Source: Limnochordia bacterium (GTDB lineage Bacteria; Bacillota; Limnochordia; DTU080). From it: a DNA stretch of 64,000 nucleotides. Below the pieces are notes generated by a model. The model saw only the letters and a list, made by a program, of their open reading frames with translations, had not been told where the DNA came from and ran no database searches. Shown here piece after piece: positions 20,989-30,361 of this stretch (position 1 is its first letter; each line of letters begins with the position of its first letter). Position numbers and translations under genes: made by a program. The stretch covers positions 128,001 through 192,000 of the forward strand of contig JBMNJG010000012.1 in NCBI GenBank assembly GCA_050951545.1, written 5' to 3'.

Positions 20989-22488
20989 CTATTGGCGATA
21001 TGAGAGGGCTTCTGCGACATCTTCGAGGGCAATGTGATCGCGTGCATTTAGGTCAGCGATTGTACGGGCGACCCGCAGGACGCGATCAACGCCTCGGCCA
21101 GTGAGGACCTGTCGCCGCACTGCAGACTGCAGAAGCGCAACCCCAGCGTCATCAAGGCCGCAGTGCTGACGAGTGTCACGCGGGGACAGACGGCTATTGG
21201 CCAGCATGGCTCTTTCTAGCTGCCTTTGCCAGGCGGCGCGCACGCGATCTGCGATGGCCGCGCTCGACTCTCCTATCTGCTCTTCCTGTGTGGAGCCGAA
21301 CTCAACCGATGACTGCAGAGCCACAAACATGTCAATGCGGTCAAGCAGTGGCCCGTTCATTCTCCTGCGGTAGCGGTGGAGATCGCCATCCGTGCAGGAG
21401 CAGCGGCGACGACTGTCACCCTGCCAGCCGCATGGACAGGGATTGGTAGCAGCCACCAGCTGGAAATCGGCAGGAAATCGTGCAGAGCGCATACCACGGG
21501 TTACTCTGACCCAGCCTTCCTCGATGGGTTCGCGTAATGCGCAAAGAACATCGGTGCGAAATTCGGAGAACTCATCCAAGAAGAGCACGCCATGGTGCGC
21601 AAGAGTCACTTCGCCGGGCCGCAGACCAGTTCCACCTCCTATCATGCCCCCTGGGGTGATGGTGTGATGCGGGGCTCGAAAAGGCCGTGTGAGTGGAAAG
21701 CTATGCTCTCCCCCAAGCAGCCCGGCCGCACTGTAGACACGAGCGATTTCAAGGGCCTCAGCCTCGGTTGGCGGGGGTAGAATACTGGGCAGTCGTGCGG
21801 CGAGCATAGTCTTACCAGTACCGGGGGGGCCGACAAGTAGAAGGTTATGTCTACCAGCAGCAGCGATCTCCAGAGCGCGGCGGGCGCTGGTCTGTCCGAT
21901 GACATCCTGCAGGTCCAAGTGCTCGACATTCGCCTCACTCTCTGGTTGCAGGTTGACGGGCTGGAGCGACGACCTGCCCTGCAACCACGCCACAACGTCA
22001 CAAAGGGTGTCAGCCAATTGCAGCTGACGGGTGGAGCCCATCAGTGCCAACTCGACCTGGTTGGCTGTTGGGAGTACCAGCAGTTCGGGTGTTTCTGGAC
22101 TGACGTGGGCAGTAGCTAGACAGACTGCTCCTTGTACGCTTCGCAAGCGCCCGTCCAGGGCCAGTTCGCCAGCGAACACGCTTTTTTGCGTGCACGCAGG
22201 CGGCAGACGACCCCATGCGGCAAGAAGAGCCACTGCAATAGGCAGATCAAATGCCGGGCCAGCTTTTGGCATGTGAGCGGGTGCCAGATTGACCGTGACC
22301 CGACCGCTAGGAAAGCCAAAACCACTGTTGCGCAGGGCTGCTCGAACTCGATTACGACTTTCGCGGACACTGGCATCTGGCAATCCGACGATGTCAAAAA
22401 GAGGAAGTCCACCTGCCAGATCTACCTCTACCAAGACATCCTGAGCTTCTACTCCGCAGAGAGCGAGGGTGTGAACTTGGGATAGCAC
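20989..22488 (-). CDS. comM: YifB/ComM Mg-chelatase-like AAA+ ATPase
   Basis: IVGLPD, NLAPA, DLPIA, GPPGTGKT, RPFRAPHH, PGE..LAH.GVLFLDE, NPCPCG. Confidence 0.93.
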   Translation of the reverse strand: MLSQVHTLALCGVEAQDVLVEVDLAGGLPLFDIVGLPDASVRESRNRVRAALRNSGFGFPSGRVTVNLAPAHMPKAGPAFDLPIAVALLAAWGRLPPACTQKSVFAGELALDGRLRSVQGAVCLATAHVSPETPELLVLPTANQVELALMGSTRQLQLADTLCDVVAWLQGRSSLQPVNLQPESEANVEHLDLQDVIGQTSARRALEIAAAGRHNLLLVGPPGTGKTMLAARLPSILPPPTEAEALEIARVYSAAGLLGGEHSFPLTRPFRAPHHTITPGGMIGGGTGLRPGEVTLAHHGVLFLDEFSEFRTDVLCALREPIEEGWVRVTRGMRSARFPADFQLVAATNPCPCGWQGDSRRRCSCTDGDLHRYRRRMNGPLLDRIDMFVALQSSVEFGSTQEEQIGESSAAIADRVRAAWQRQLERAMLANSRLSPRDTRQHCGLDDAGVALLQSAVRRQVLTGRGVDRVLRVARTIADLNARDHIALEDVAEALSYRQ

Positions 22489-22565
22489 GCTTGTTGTACC
22501 CCCTGCTCCCTCAGGGCTGGCTAGAGTCACGTTTCTCCTCTGTGGGGGCTATACCTTCCTCAGTC

Positions 22566-22952
22566 TCAATACAGATCATTGAGACTGAATGCATCGGGTA
22601 GCAGTTCGGGAACGGCGAAAGTGCCGTCCTGTTGCTTGGTTAGGCAGACGACATCGAATCTGCACGGTGCGTTCGTGGGGTGAGAGCGGAGATAGTGGCT
22701 TGCGGCTATGGCTATGCGGCGCATCTTGTGTTGGTCCACGCTGGCAGCTGCAGCAGGTGTGCCCTTTCTGCGACACCGGACTTCCACGAAAACAAGCGTG
22801 TGGTCGTGATAGGCCACAAGATCGATCTCGCCTCGTCGACAGCGATAGTTTCGTGTGATCAGTTGGTATCCTCGCTGTGCTAAGAAAGCCTCTGCTTCAC
22901 GTTCTGCTGCCTGACCCAGGGAAGTGGTTGAGCACTTGGCACCGCCTGGCAT
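22566..22952 (-). CDS. yraN: YraN family endonuclease-like protein (UPF0102)
   Basis: G..AE..A..FL..GY..I.RNYR...GEIDLV...LVFVEVR, RFDVV. Confidence 0.9.
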   Translation of the reverse strand: MPGGAKCSTTSLGQAAEREAEAFLAQRGYQLITRNYRCRRGEIDLVAYHDHTLVFVEVRCRRKGTPAAAASVDQHKMRRIAIAASHYLRSHPTNAPCRFDVVCLTKQQDGTFAVPELLPDAFSLNDLY

Positions 22953-22992
22953 AGCGCGACCGTCCTTTCTTCGTCTCTCAGCGGGTTGGGTG

Positions 22993-23679
22993 TTACAGGA
23001 AGGGTAGGGCGAGCTGGCCCCTTGTATCCTCTCGTCTAGCTGTCGTTGAGCCTGTGAGAAATCGCAGCCGGTGCAGAGCAGTGGGGCCCATCGATGATAT
23101 TGCCAGCCTATGTTCGCGTGTCGCGTAGCCTGCATTGCGTTCCCAGCCATAGCCGGGGTAGAACTCTTCGCCTAGACACCGCATCCAGTGGTCTCGTACC
23201 GTCTTGGCCAGACAAGAAGCAGCTGCAATCGACTGGGAAACGCTGTCGCCACGGACGATAGCCTGCTGTCGTCCTTCAAAACCACGGATGCGGTACCCGT
23301 CACTCAACACTAGCTCTGGCTGTAGCGACAGGCTCGACACAGCAGCCAACATGGCTGCCATATTCGCCTCTTGGATGCCGTGACTATCGATCTGCTGTGC
23401 AGAGACCAAGACTACTGACCATGACAGTGCTGCTCGCGTGATGCGCTGGGTAGCTTCTGCCCGTTTGGTCGGCGATAGCACTTTGGAGTCGTCTATACCA
23501 ACCACGAGCAGGCGATCAGGCATGATGACAGCAGCTGCCACGAGGGGGCCAGCAAGAGAGCCGCGGCCAACTTCATCTACACCAGCCAACAGACCTACTG
23601 TGGCTGTGCGCCTCACAGTTGCATCGTAGTGCATAAGGCGCCATGCTTGCTCTTTTAGCTTTGCTAGCCGTTTTCGCAT
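22993..23679 (-). CDS. rnhB: Ribonuclease HII
   Basis: AGVDEVGRG.LAGP, DDSK, DG, SIAAAS.LAK..RD. Confidence 0.95.
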   Translation of the reverse strand: MRKRLAKLKEQAWRLMHYDATVRRTATVGLLAGVDEVGRGSLAGPLVAAAVIMPDRLLVVGIDDSKVLSPTKRAEATQRITRAALSWSVVLVSAQQIDSHGIQEANMAAMLAAVSSLSLQPELVLSDGYRIRGFEGRQQAIVRGDSVSQSIAAASCLAKTVRDHWMRCLGEEFYPGYGWERNAGYATREHRLAISSMGPTALHRLRFLTGSTTARREDTRGQLALPFL

Positions 23680-24545
23680 AGGGGATCATCCAGAGTTACA
23701 CGCCCGATTCTGCCCAGACGGAAGTCAGATAGTAGAGTATGTGCCGCCTGTTCGGTATTGACTTCGCCGCCTGCCATCAGATGTCCAAGTCTTAAGCCTA
23801 TGAGCTTGAGAAGTGATTCGGGATCGGTGATGTTTTCTTGATCATCAATGCCGTAGCGCCTCTTGAGAAGATCGCTGTGGTAATGAGCGAGCCAGACCGC
23901 CAGGGCGCTCCCTACGCTATGCACGTCATAGGCATTCTCCCCGACACTTCCGACCCAGGCTAGTTTCAGTCCCTGCAGAGGGTCATCTATCCGAGGCCAT
24001 AGCAGCCCAGGAGTGTCAAGAAACTCAGTTCCTGGCCTTGCACGCAGCCACTGAGGTCCGCGGGTGACGCCAGGACTGGCTCCCACCCGGGCACCGGCCC
24101 GAGCACACGCTCGGTTGATCAGACTGGATTTCCCGCTATTTGGCACCCCCACCACGAGCACTCTCACGGGTCTGGCTATCTTCCTAACGCTTGTCAACAT
24201 GGCCCCGACACCCGTTCCACGTTGGGCATCGACTGGAAACACGGGCCGCGATGGAGTGCGCAGGTTGGCTACCCATCGCCTTGTGGCCATTGGATCCGCC
24301 AGGTCCATCTTCGTCAATGCTATCACATGAGCTCGGTTCTTGATGACGGATGTCAGGTCTGGGTAGCGCCCGCTGCGAGGAGTGCGGGCGTCGACTACCT
24401 CAACGATAGCGTTCGCCAAGGCAACCTGATCAGCCAAATCGCGACGGGTCTTGGCCATGTGTCCCGGGAACCATTGTACTCCATCCGGAACGAAGGCGAC
24501 TAGGCGATCACCCAGCTCCTTATCGGAAAGCGGCCTTGACCACAC
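23664..24545 (-). CDS. rbgA: Ribosome biogenesis GTPase RbgA/YlqF
   Basis: QWFPGHMAK, DAR.P, GVPNSGKSSLIN, PGVT, DTPG. Confidence 0.95.
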   Translation of the reverse strand: MWSRPLSDKELGDRLVAFVPDGVQWFPGHMAKTRRDLADQVALANAIVEVVDARTPRSGRYPDLTSVIKNRAHVIALTKMDLADPMATRRWVANLRTPSRPVFPVDAQRGTGVGAMLTSVRKIARPVRVLVVGVPNSGKSSLINRACARAGARVGASPGVTRGPQWLRARPGTEFLDTPGLLWPRIDDPLQGLKLAWVGSVGENAYDVHSVGSALAVWLAHYHSDLLKRRYGIDDQENITDPESLLKLIGLRLGHLMAGGEVNTEQAAHTLLSDFRLGRIGRVTLDDPLCENG

Positions 24546-24575
24546 TTATCAGCACCTCCGCACATGGCGTCTTGC

Positions 24576-25127
24576 CTACCCTTCGTCCGTTTGCAGCTCC
24601 TGGGGGATTTTCACCATGGCAATGCGCGTCGGCGGCCAGTAGATGAAGAGCGCTCTCCCGACAACCAGCTTGCGCGGGACTGCTCCGACATCACTGAAGC
24701 GGCTGTCATCGCTGTTGTTCCGGTTGTCTCCCAAAACGAATACGGTATCTTCTGGAACGATGATAGGCCCAAAATCGCCGTAGGTAGGTCCATTGATGTA
24801 AGTTTCTTCAAGGGCATTGCCGTTGATGTACAGTTTGTGGCGACGCACCTCTATCTGGTCTCCCGGCAGGCCCATAACCCGCTTGATGAAACGTCGACGC
24901 GGATCCGAGGGGTAGCGAAACACTACAATCTCTCCCCGCTGGGGAGCGCGTACCCGATACGCGATCTTGTCGACGAGTAGTCGTTGACCGTTGTGAAGCG
25001 AAGGTTCCATCGAAGCTCCTTGTACAAGAAAAGACTGCGCGATGAAAGTAATAATGAACAAAGCCAGTACAATAGCTATGCCAAAGGCCTCAATGTACTC
25101 GCGCAGCTCTGATTTCACACCGGACAC
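24576..25127 (-). CDS. lepB: Signal peptidase I
   Basis: GASMEP catalytic Ser, IKRV.G.PGD catalytic Lys, GDNRNNS.DSR. Confidence 0.95.
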   Translation of the reverse strand: MSGVKSELREYIEAFGIAIVLALFIITFIAQSFLVQGASMEPSLHNGQRLLVDKIAYRVRAPQRGEIVVFRYPSDPRRRFIKRVMGLPGDQIEVRRHKLYINGNALEETYINGPTYGDFGPIIVPEDTVFVLGDNRNNSDDSRFSDVGAVPRKLVVGRALFIYWPPTRIAMVKIPQELQTDEG

Positions 25128-25282
25128 GATCCATCCCTCCACATTCACCAGATTGGTCCGAAGGTGCAGGAAGGGACTCACTTCATGCAAGCCCTTCCCA
25201 TGGAGATCGAGTTACGCTATGCGGGCATGTCAGCGGCACTCTCGGTATTGGCCGCCGACATGCTCGCTTGTCTCGTAACTGA

Positions 25283-25624
25283 TCAGCGTCTTTCTCTGAT
25301 GCGCGTAGCCTTGCCTACTCGCCCGCGCAGGTAGAGGAGCCGCGCTCGCCGCACTTTGCCCCGGCGCGCTACCTCGACTTTGGCAACCATGGGCGAATGC
25401 AGCAGGAACGTTCGTTCAACCCCGACTCCCTGGGAAATCTTACGGACGGTAAAGGTTTCTTGCAGGCCGCCACCCGAACGCTTGAGAACAGTGCCCTCAA
25501 AGACCTGAATGCGCTCCCGCTCACCCTCAACTACCTTGACATGCACACGTACTGTATCGCCCGGGCCGAAATCCAGAACCTCCGGGCGGAACTGCTCGGC
25601 TTCCAATTGCTGTATAAGGTTCAC
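25283..25624 (-). CDS. rplS: 50S ribosomal protein L19
   Basis: [38 protein letters not shown]. Confidence 0.98.
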   Translation of the reverse strand: MNLIQQLEAEQFRPEVLDFGPGDTVRVHVKVVEGERERIQVFEGTVLKRSGGGLQETFTVRKISQGVGVERTFLLHSPMVAKVEVARRGKVRRARLLYLRGRVGKATRIRERR

Positions 25625-25641
25625 TATGCAACCCTCCCCCC

Positions 25642-26400
25642 CTATGGGGTCTGTGGCTTAGTCTGCATTTCCTCAAGCACTTCGTCTAGCAGCTTTTGAT
25701 CCTCATCGTGCAGATTGGCTTCAGCTAGAAGGTCAGCTCGTCGGAGTAACGTTCTACGCAGAGCCTCTTTTCTGCGCCATACCCGAATCCGTTCGTGGTG
25801 CCCAGACAGGAGAACCTCTGGAACACGCGCCTCCCGGTACGTCTCAGGTCGCGTATACTGTGGGTACTTGAGCAGTCCGTCTGAGAAACAATCTGATAGG
25901 GCCGAGCAAAGATCCCCGAGCACGCCGGGAATGAACCTGCACACGGCATCTATCAAGACCATCGCTGGCAGCTCACCGCCTGTCAGCACATAGTCCCCAA
26001 TCGAGTACTCCATCGTGTCATAGAGCGAGTGTAACCGTTCGTCAATGCCCTCGTAGTGTCCGCATATGACCACTAGATGCTGACTGCTCGCCAGTTCGCG
26101 CACCCAGACATCAGTTAGCGGACGCCCCTGTGGTGAGGTGGCCAAGATACGTGGCTTGTTTATGTGGCTGCTTGCCACAATGCTGTCCAAGCACAGTGCC
26201 AGCGGTTCGAGCCTCATCACCATGCCAGTGCCCCCGCCGTAAGGCGTATCATCGACCGTGCGATGCCTGTCGCGAGCAAACCCTCTGGGGTTCCACAGCC
26301 TCACATCCAAGAGATCTGCCCGAAGTGCACGACCTACCATGGATTCCTCTAAGGGGCCGTGAAACATCGAAGGGAAGAGCGTAAGCACATCGATTCTCAC
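25642..26400 (-). CDS. trmD: tRNA (guanine37-N1)-methyltransferase
   Basis: [36 protein letters not shown]. Confidence 0.97.
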   Translation of the reverse strand: MRIDVLTLFPSMFHGPLEESMVGRALRADLLDVRLWNPRGFARDRHRTVDDTPYGGGTGMVMRLEPLALCLDSIVASSHINKPRILATSPQGRPLTDVWVRELASSQHLVVICGHYEGIDERLHSLYDTMEYSIGDYVLTGGELPAMVLIDAVCRFIPGVLGDLCSALSDCFSDGLLKYPQYTRPETYREARVPEVLLSGHHERIRVWRRKEALRRTLLRRADLLAEANLHDEDQKLLDEVLEEMQTKPQTP

Positions 26401-26415
26401 GCTAGCATGGCCCCC

Positions 26416-26931
26416 TTAGTCTAGAAGCCCTGGCCAGGGATCAATGATCATCTTGCCGCCAACGAGATCAACAGACGTAACCACTTGGCGAACAGCGGGG
26501 ATCAGAGCGTCGGGTAATCCGCTTCGCCTGATGACGTAGACGTCATTCGCAGGTCCAAACAAGACATCACACACGCTCCCGACTGGCTCACCGTCTGAAG
26601 TGACGACGTCCAAGCCGATCAGATCAGGTACATAGTAGTGCCCTTCAGGTAAGGGTGGCGCTTCGTCGCGATGGACCACCCAAAGTGCTCCGCATAGGGT
26701 CTCTGCTTGGTCACGTGATGTCACGCCCTGCAGTCTGAGGAGCCAGAACTGCTTGTGGCGCCGCACCTCTTCGACTGCGAAAAGCTGCTCCCTTTTGTTG
26801 GGCCAGAGCAGGCGACACTGCTTAGAGCCAGTCAGCTGCTGCTGAAGGTCCGTCTCAGGTAACAGTCGGACCCAGCCCTTGATGCCATGTGGTGCAGTGA
26901 TCTCACCGATCACCATCAGCTGCTCAGGCAC
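26416..26931 (-). CDS. rimM: 16S rRNA processing protein RimM
   Basis: IG.I..PHGIKG, YY..DLIG, ANDVY, LIP. Confidence 0.95.
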   Translation of the reverse strand: MPEQLMVIGEITAPHGIKGWVRLLPETDLQQQLTGSKQCRLLWPNKREQLFAVEEVRRHKQFWLLRLQGVTSRDQAETLCGALWVVHRDEAPPLPEGHYYVPDLIGLDVVTSDGEPVGSVCDVLFGPANDVYVIRRSGLPDALIPAVRQVVTSVDLVGGKMIIDPWPGLLD

Positions 26932-26954
26932 CCCGAGCCTCCTTCGAGAGGTGT

Positions 26955-27188
26955 CTAGTCGAGGATCTCCACGTGAATCAACTTCCCCGTACGGCCGCTG
27001 GCAGTTTTGACCACTGTTCGGATAGCCCGCGCGATGCGGCCTTGTCTGCCAATCACCTTGCCCATATCAGTTGGATCCACTTTTAACTCGAAGATGAGCG
27101 ACTTCTCGCCTTCGACAGTACGCACTTGGACGGCTTCAGGGTGATCAACAAGGGCTTTGGCAATATACTCCACTATTTGCTGCTGCAA
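26955..27188 (-). CDS. khpA: KH-domain RNA-binding protein KhpA
   Basis: LVD.PE.V, DMGKVIGRQGR.ARAIR. Confidence 0.93.
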   Translation of the reverse strand: MQQQIVEYIAKALVDHPEAVQVRTVEGEKSLIFELKVDPTDMGKVIGRQGRIARAIRTVVKTASGRTGKLIHVEILD

Positions 27189-27191
27189 GGG

Positions 27192-27479
27192 TTACGCCCC
27201 CTGGTCACTTGAGTCCGCATCGCCAGCCTTCAGCATGTCAAACACGCCGCTCTGCGTTAAGAGGCGCTTTGCGGTATCTGACGGCTGTGCTCCGCGCTGT
27301 AGCCATTTGATGGCTTTCTCGTTGTCTATGTCAATCTGCACTGGATCGGAAATGGGGTCGTAGCTACCCAAAGTCTCGATGTAGGCACCATTACGTGCGG
27401 TCCGTGAGTCGGCAACCACCAAGCGGTAGTATGGGCGTTTCTTCGCCCCCATTCTCTTCAAACGAATGCGTACGGCCAA
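27192..27479 (-). CDS. rpsP: 30S ribosomal protein S16
   Basis: [30 protein letters not shown]. Confidence 0.98.
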   Translation of the reverse strand: MAVRIRLKRMGAKKRPYYRLVVADSRTARNGAYIETLGSYDPISDPVQIDIDNEKAIKWLQRGAQPSDTAKRLLTQSGVFDMLKAGDADSSDQGA

Positions 27480-27585
27480 GATCTGTCACCTCCTCCTTTG
27501 CATATCCTAGTACCAGCATGGGCACGTCGTAAGCTTCAGAGGTGTCCATGCGCTACTTTCGTAGAGAAGCGTCAGGGATGACGCC

Positions 27586-28920
27586 TTAGCCGAAAATGGA
27601 AGTCCGCCGTCGCCTTCCGCCTTTCTGCAGGGATCCCAGCCGCTTCATCATGTTTCGGGTGTCCTCGAATTGCCGCAGAAGACGATTGACGTCCTGCACT
27701 CGGGTGCCACTACCAGCAGCAATGCGCTTACGGCGGCTGCCGTCGATCACACCGGGCTGTTGACGTTCATGCCGCGTCATCGACTGAATAATGGCTTCGA
27801 CGCGCTTCATCTGCTTGTCATCAAAGCTGATGCCCTTGAGTTCTTTCAGGTTACCGAACCCAGGAACCATGCCTAGAAGCTGATCGAGTGGCCCCATCTG
27901 TTTGAGCTGTTGCATCTGCGACAGGAAATCCTCCAGAGAGTACTCCGCGCTCAGCATCCGCGTAGCGAGTTTCTCTGCCTCACTCTGATCCATGCTCGAC
28001 TGTGCCTTCTCGATTAGTGTAAGCACATCGCCCATTCCCAGAATGCGAGAAGCCATTCGCTCGGGATGGAAGGGTTCAATGGCGTCGAGTTTCTCACCGA
28101 GGGTGACATACTTGATAGGACAGCCTGTAACAGCCCAGATAGAGAGAGCTGCGCCACCACGAGCGTCACCGTCAAGTTTGGTGAGCACGATACCGCCCAC
28201 TTTCAGACGGCTATGAAAGGCTTGTGCAACATTCACGGCTTCCTGCCCGGTCATAGCATCGACAGCCAAGAGCACATCGCTTATCTCGACATTCTGGCGA
28301 ATGTTTTCGAGTTCGACCATGAGCGCTTCGTCGACGTGGAGCCGGCCAGCAGTGTCAATAATCAGTACGTCATGGGCGTTCTTGCGCGCATGCTCTACGG
28401 CAGCCCGACTGATGTCTACAGGTTTGCTTTTGTCGCCCATAGAAAAGACGGGAACATCGATCTGTTCACCTAGAACCTGGAGTTGTCGGATAGCTGCTGG
28501 CCGGTAGACGTCGGCTGCTGCCAGCAGGGGGCGTTTCCCCTGTTTCTTGAGCATCGCTGCCAGTTTCGCGCACGTAGTCGTCTTTCCAGAGCCCTGCAGT
28601 CCCACCATCATCACGGTCGCCGGAATCTTTGAGGACAGCGCAAGCTTGGCTTGGCTGCCCCCCATCAGGGTGGTGAGTTCATCGTTGACGACCTTGATTA
28701 CCTGCTGCGCAGGTGACAAACTCTGTAAGACCTCCTGACCGATGGCTCTCTCCCGAAGCTTCGCAGTGAAGTCTTTGACCACCTTGAAGTTGACGTCCGC
28801 CTCCAACAGCGCCAAGCGGACCTCTCGCAGTGCGGCGTCAACATCCTTTTCGGTCAGTTTTCCTCGACCGCGCAATTGCCTAAACGTAGCCTGCAATCGT
28901 TCAGTGAGATTCGAGAACAC
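27586..28920 (-). CDS. ffh: Signal recognition particle protein Ffh
   Basis: ALLEADV, GLQGSGKTT, DTAGR, TKLDGDARGG, RILGMGD, M domain. Confidence 0.98.
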   Translation of the reverse strand: MFSNLTERLQATFRQLRGRGKLTEKDVDAALREVRLALLEADVNFKVVKDFTAKLRERAIGQEVLQSLSPAQQVIKVVNDELTTLMGGSQAKLALSSKIPATVMMVGLQGSGKTTTCAKLAAMLKKQGKRPLLAAADVYRPAAIRQLQVLGEQIDVPVFSMGDKSKPVDISRAAVEHARKNAHDVLIIDTAGRLHVDEALMVELENIRQNVEISDVLLAVDAMTGQEAVNVAQAFHSRLKVGGIVLTKLDGDARGGAALSIWAVTGCPIKYVTLGEKLDAIEPFHPERMASRILGMGDVLTLIEKAQSSMDQSEAEKLATRMLSAEYSLEDFLSQMQQLKQMGPLDQLLGMVPGFGNLKELKGISFDDKQMKRVEAIIQSMTRHERQQPGVIDGSRRKRIAAGSGTRVQDVNRLLRQFEDTRNMMKRLGSLQKGGRRRRTSIFG

Positions 28921-28936
28921 TGGGAGCCCGCCTCTC

Positions 28937-29320
28937 TTACCTACCAATCTCCGCCAGACCCTTGGTGAGGGTATCCAACGCTTCGGAAGCTCTCTCGCAT
29001 AGCCCAGGATCGAGTGCACATGTGAGAGATCGCAACTGGTTTACTGCAGCGGTCATCTTCCCCACTATCTGGCGTACTTGTGTATCGCGACTCACAAGCT
29101 GCAGGTGATTTTCGAGCTGTTGCAGCGTTCTTTCCGAGCGCTTGAGAATGTCATATACGCCTTGGCGAGAGATGCCGTGGGTTTCAGCGATTTCACCAAG
29201 CGAAAGGTCATCATGATAGTACAGCGCAAAAAACTGCCGCTGCTTCTCGGTGAGTAGGTCGCCATAGGCGTCGAAGAGAAGGGCCATACGAAATGTCTTC
29301 TCCACTGGCCTCTTCGACAC
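28937..29320 (-). CDS. ylxM: YlxM (UPF0122) SRP-associated protein
   Basis: LFD.YG.LLTEKQ, DLSLGEIAE, SRQGVYD; between ftsY and ffh. Confidence 0.92.
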   Translation of the reverse strand: MSKRPVEKTFRMALLFDAYGDLLTEKQRQFFALYYHDDLSLGEIAETHGISRQGVYDILKRSERTLQQLENHLQLVSRDTQVRQIVGKMTAAVNQLRSLTCALDPGLCERASEALDTLTKGLAEIGR

Positions 29321-29352
29321 CCCCTGTCAAGCAATATCCCTTTACAGGCGTT

Positions 29353-29382
29353 AGTATAGCCGAAACGTCGCGGCCATGTCAA
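29353..29382 (-). promoter_or_regulatory. Sigma-A promoter of ylxM-ffh
   Basis: TTGACA-18bp-TATACT. Confidence 0.7.
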
Positions 29383-29385
29383 GCT

Positions 29386-30327
29386 TTAGGCACGCACATC
29401 TGGTGTCTCAAAAAGCGCTGCAGCAAAGGCCGCCGGATCAAAGTCTCGTAAGTCATCCATCCCTTCACCGATACCAATCAGCTTAACTGGTAGCTGCATC
29501 TCAGAGGCAATGGCCAGGATGATGCCACCTTTGGCCGTGCCGTCCAGTTTGGTCAGTACCACTCCGCTTAGGGGTGTGGCCTCTGCGAAGAGGCGAGCCT
29601 GGGACATTCCGTTCTGACCAGTAGTAGCATCCAATACAAGAAGCACTTCGTCTGGTTCGCGCCCGAGCTCGCGGGTTACCACGCGGGTGATCTTCGCTAA
29701 CTCCTGCATCAGATGGGTCTTGGTCTGCAGACGACCCGCAGTATCGATCAGTAGCACATCCGTCCCTCGGGCTATTGCTGCCTGTATCGAATCAAAAGCG
29801 ACTGCTGCAGGGTCGCTGCCCTCTTGGTGCTTGATAAGGTCGACGCCAATGCGCTGTGCCCATACCTCCAGCTGGTCGATAGCCGCCGCTCGAAACGTAT
29901 CTGCGGCGCACAGCATGACTTGCCGACCTTCGCCCTTAAAGCGATAGGCCAGCTTGGCAATGCTGGTGGTCTTGCCCGTTCCATTCACACCAACCATAAG
30001 GTAGACCAGCGGTCTCGTCGGGCTACTCTGTGCCAAAGATGCCGACCCACCCTCCAAGATACGCTGCATCTCCTCTTGAAGAAGGCTAGTGACCGCGCTG
30101 GGGTCTTTCACTCTCCCGCGACTCACGCGCTTGCGCACGGCTTCTACCAGACCTGCGGCAGTCGGTACTCCTACATCCGCCTGAATAAGGATCTCCTCGA
30201 GCTCCTCGTAGAGCCCCTCATCGATAACAGTGCGACCTGAAAGAACCTGTCCAAGCTTCTCCACGAATGCTGTCCGCGTCTTCGTAAGACTGCTGGCCAG
30301 GCGTGCCAAGAATCCTCCGGTGCGCAA
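29386..30327 (-). CDS. ftsY: SRP receptor FtsY
   Basis: GVNGTGKTT, DTFRAAA, DTAGRL, TKLDGTAKGG. Confidence 0.97.
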   Translation of the reverse strand: MRTGGFLARLASSLTKTRTAFVEKLGQVLSGRTVIDEGLYEELEEILIQADVGVPTAAGLVEAVRKRVSRGRVKDPSAVTSLLQEEMQRILEGGSASLAQSSPTRPLVYLMVGVNGTGKTTSIAKLAYRFKGEGRQVMLCAADTFRAAAIDQLEVWAQRIGVDLIKHQEGSDPAAVAFDSIQAAIARGTDVLLIDTAGRLQTKTHLMQELAKITRVVTRELGREPDEVLLVLDATTGQNGMSQARLFAEATPLSGVVLTKLDGTAKGGIILAIASEMQLPVKLIGIGEGMDDLRDFDPAAFAAALFETPDVRA

Positions 30328-30361
30328 CGTGCTCCCCCTTTGCTCTACTCCGTCATGCAGT

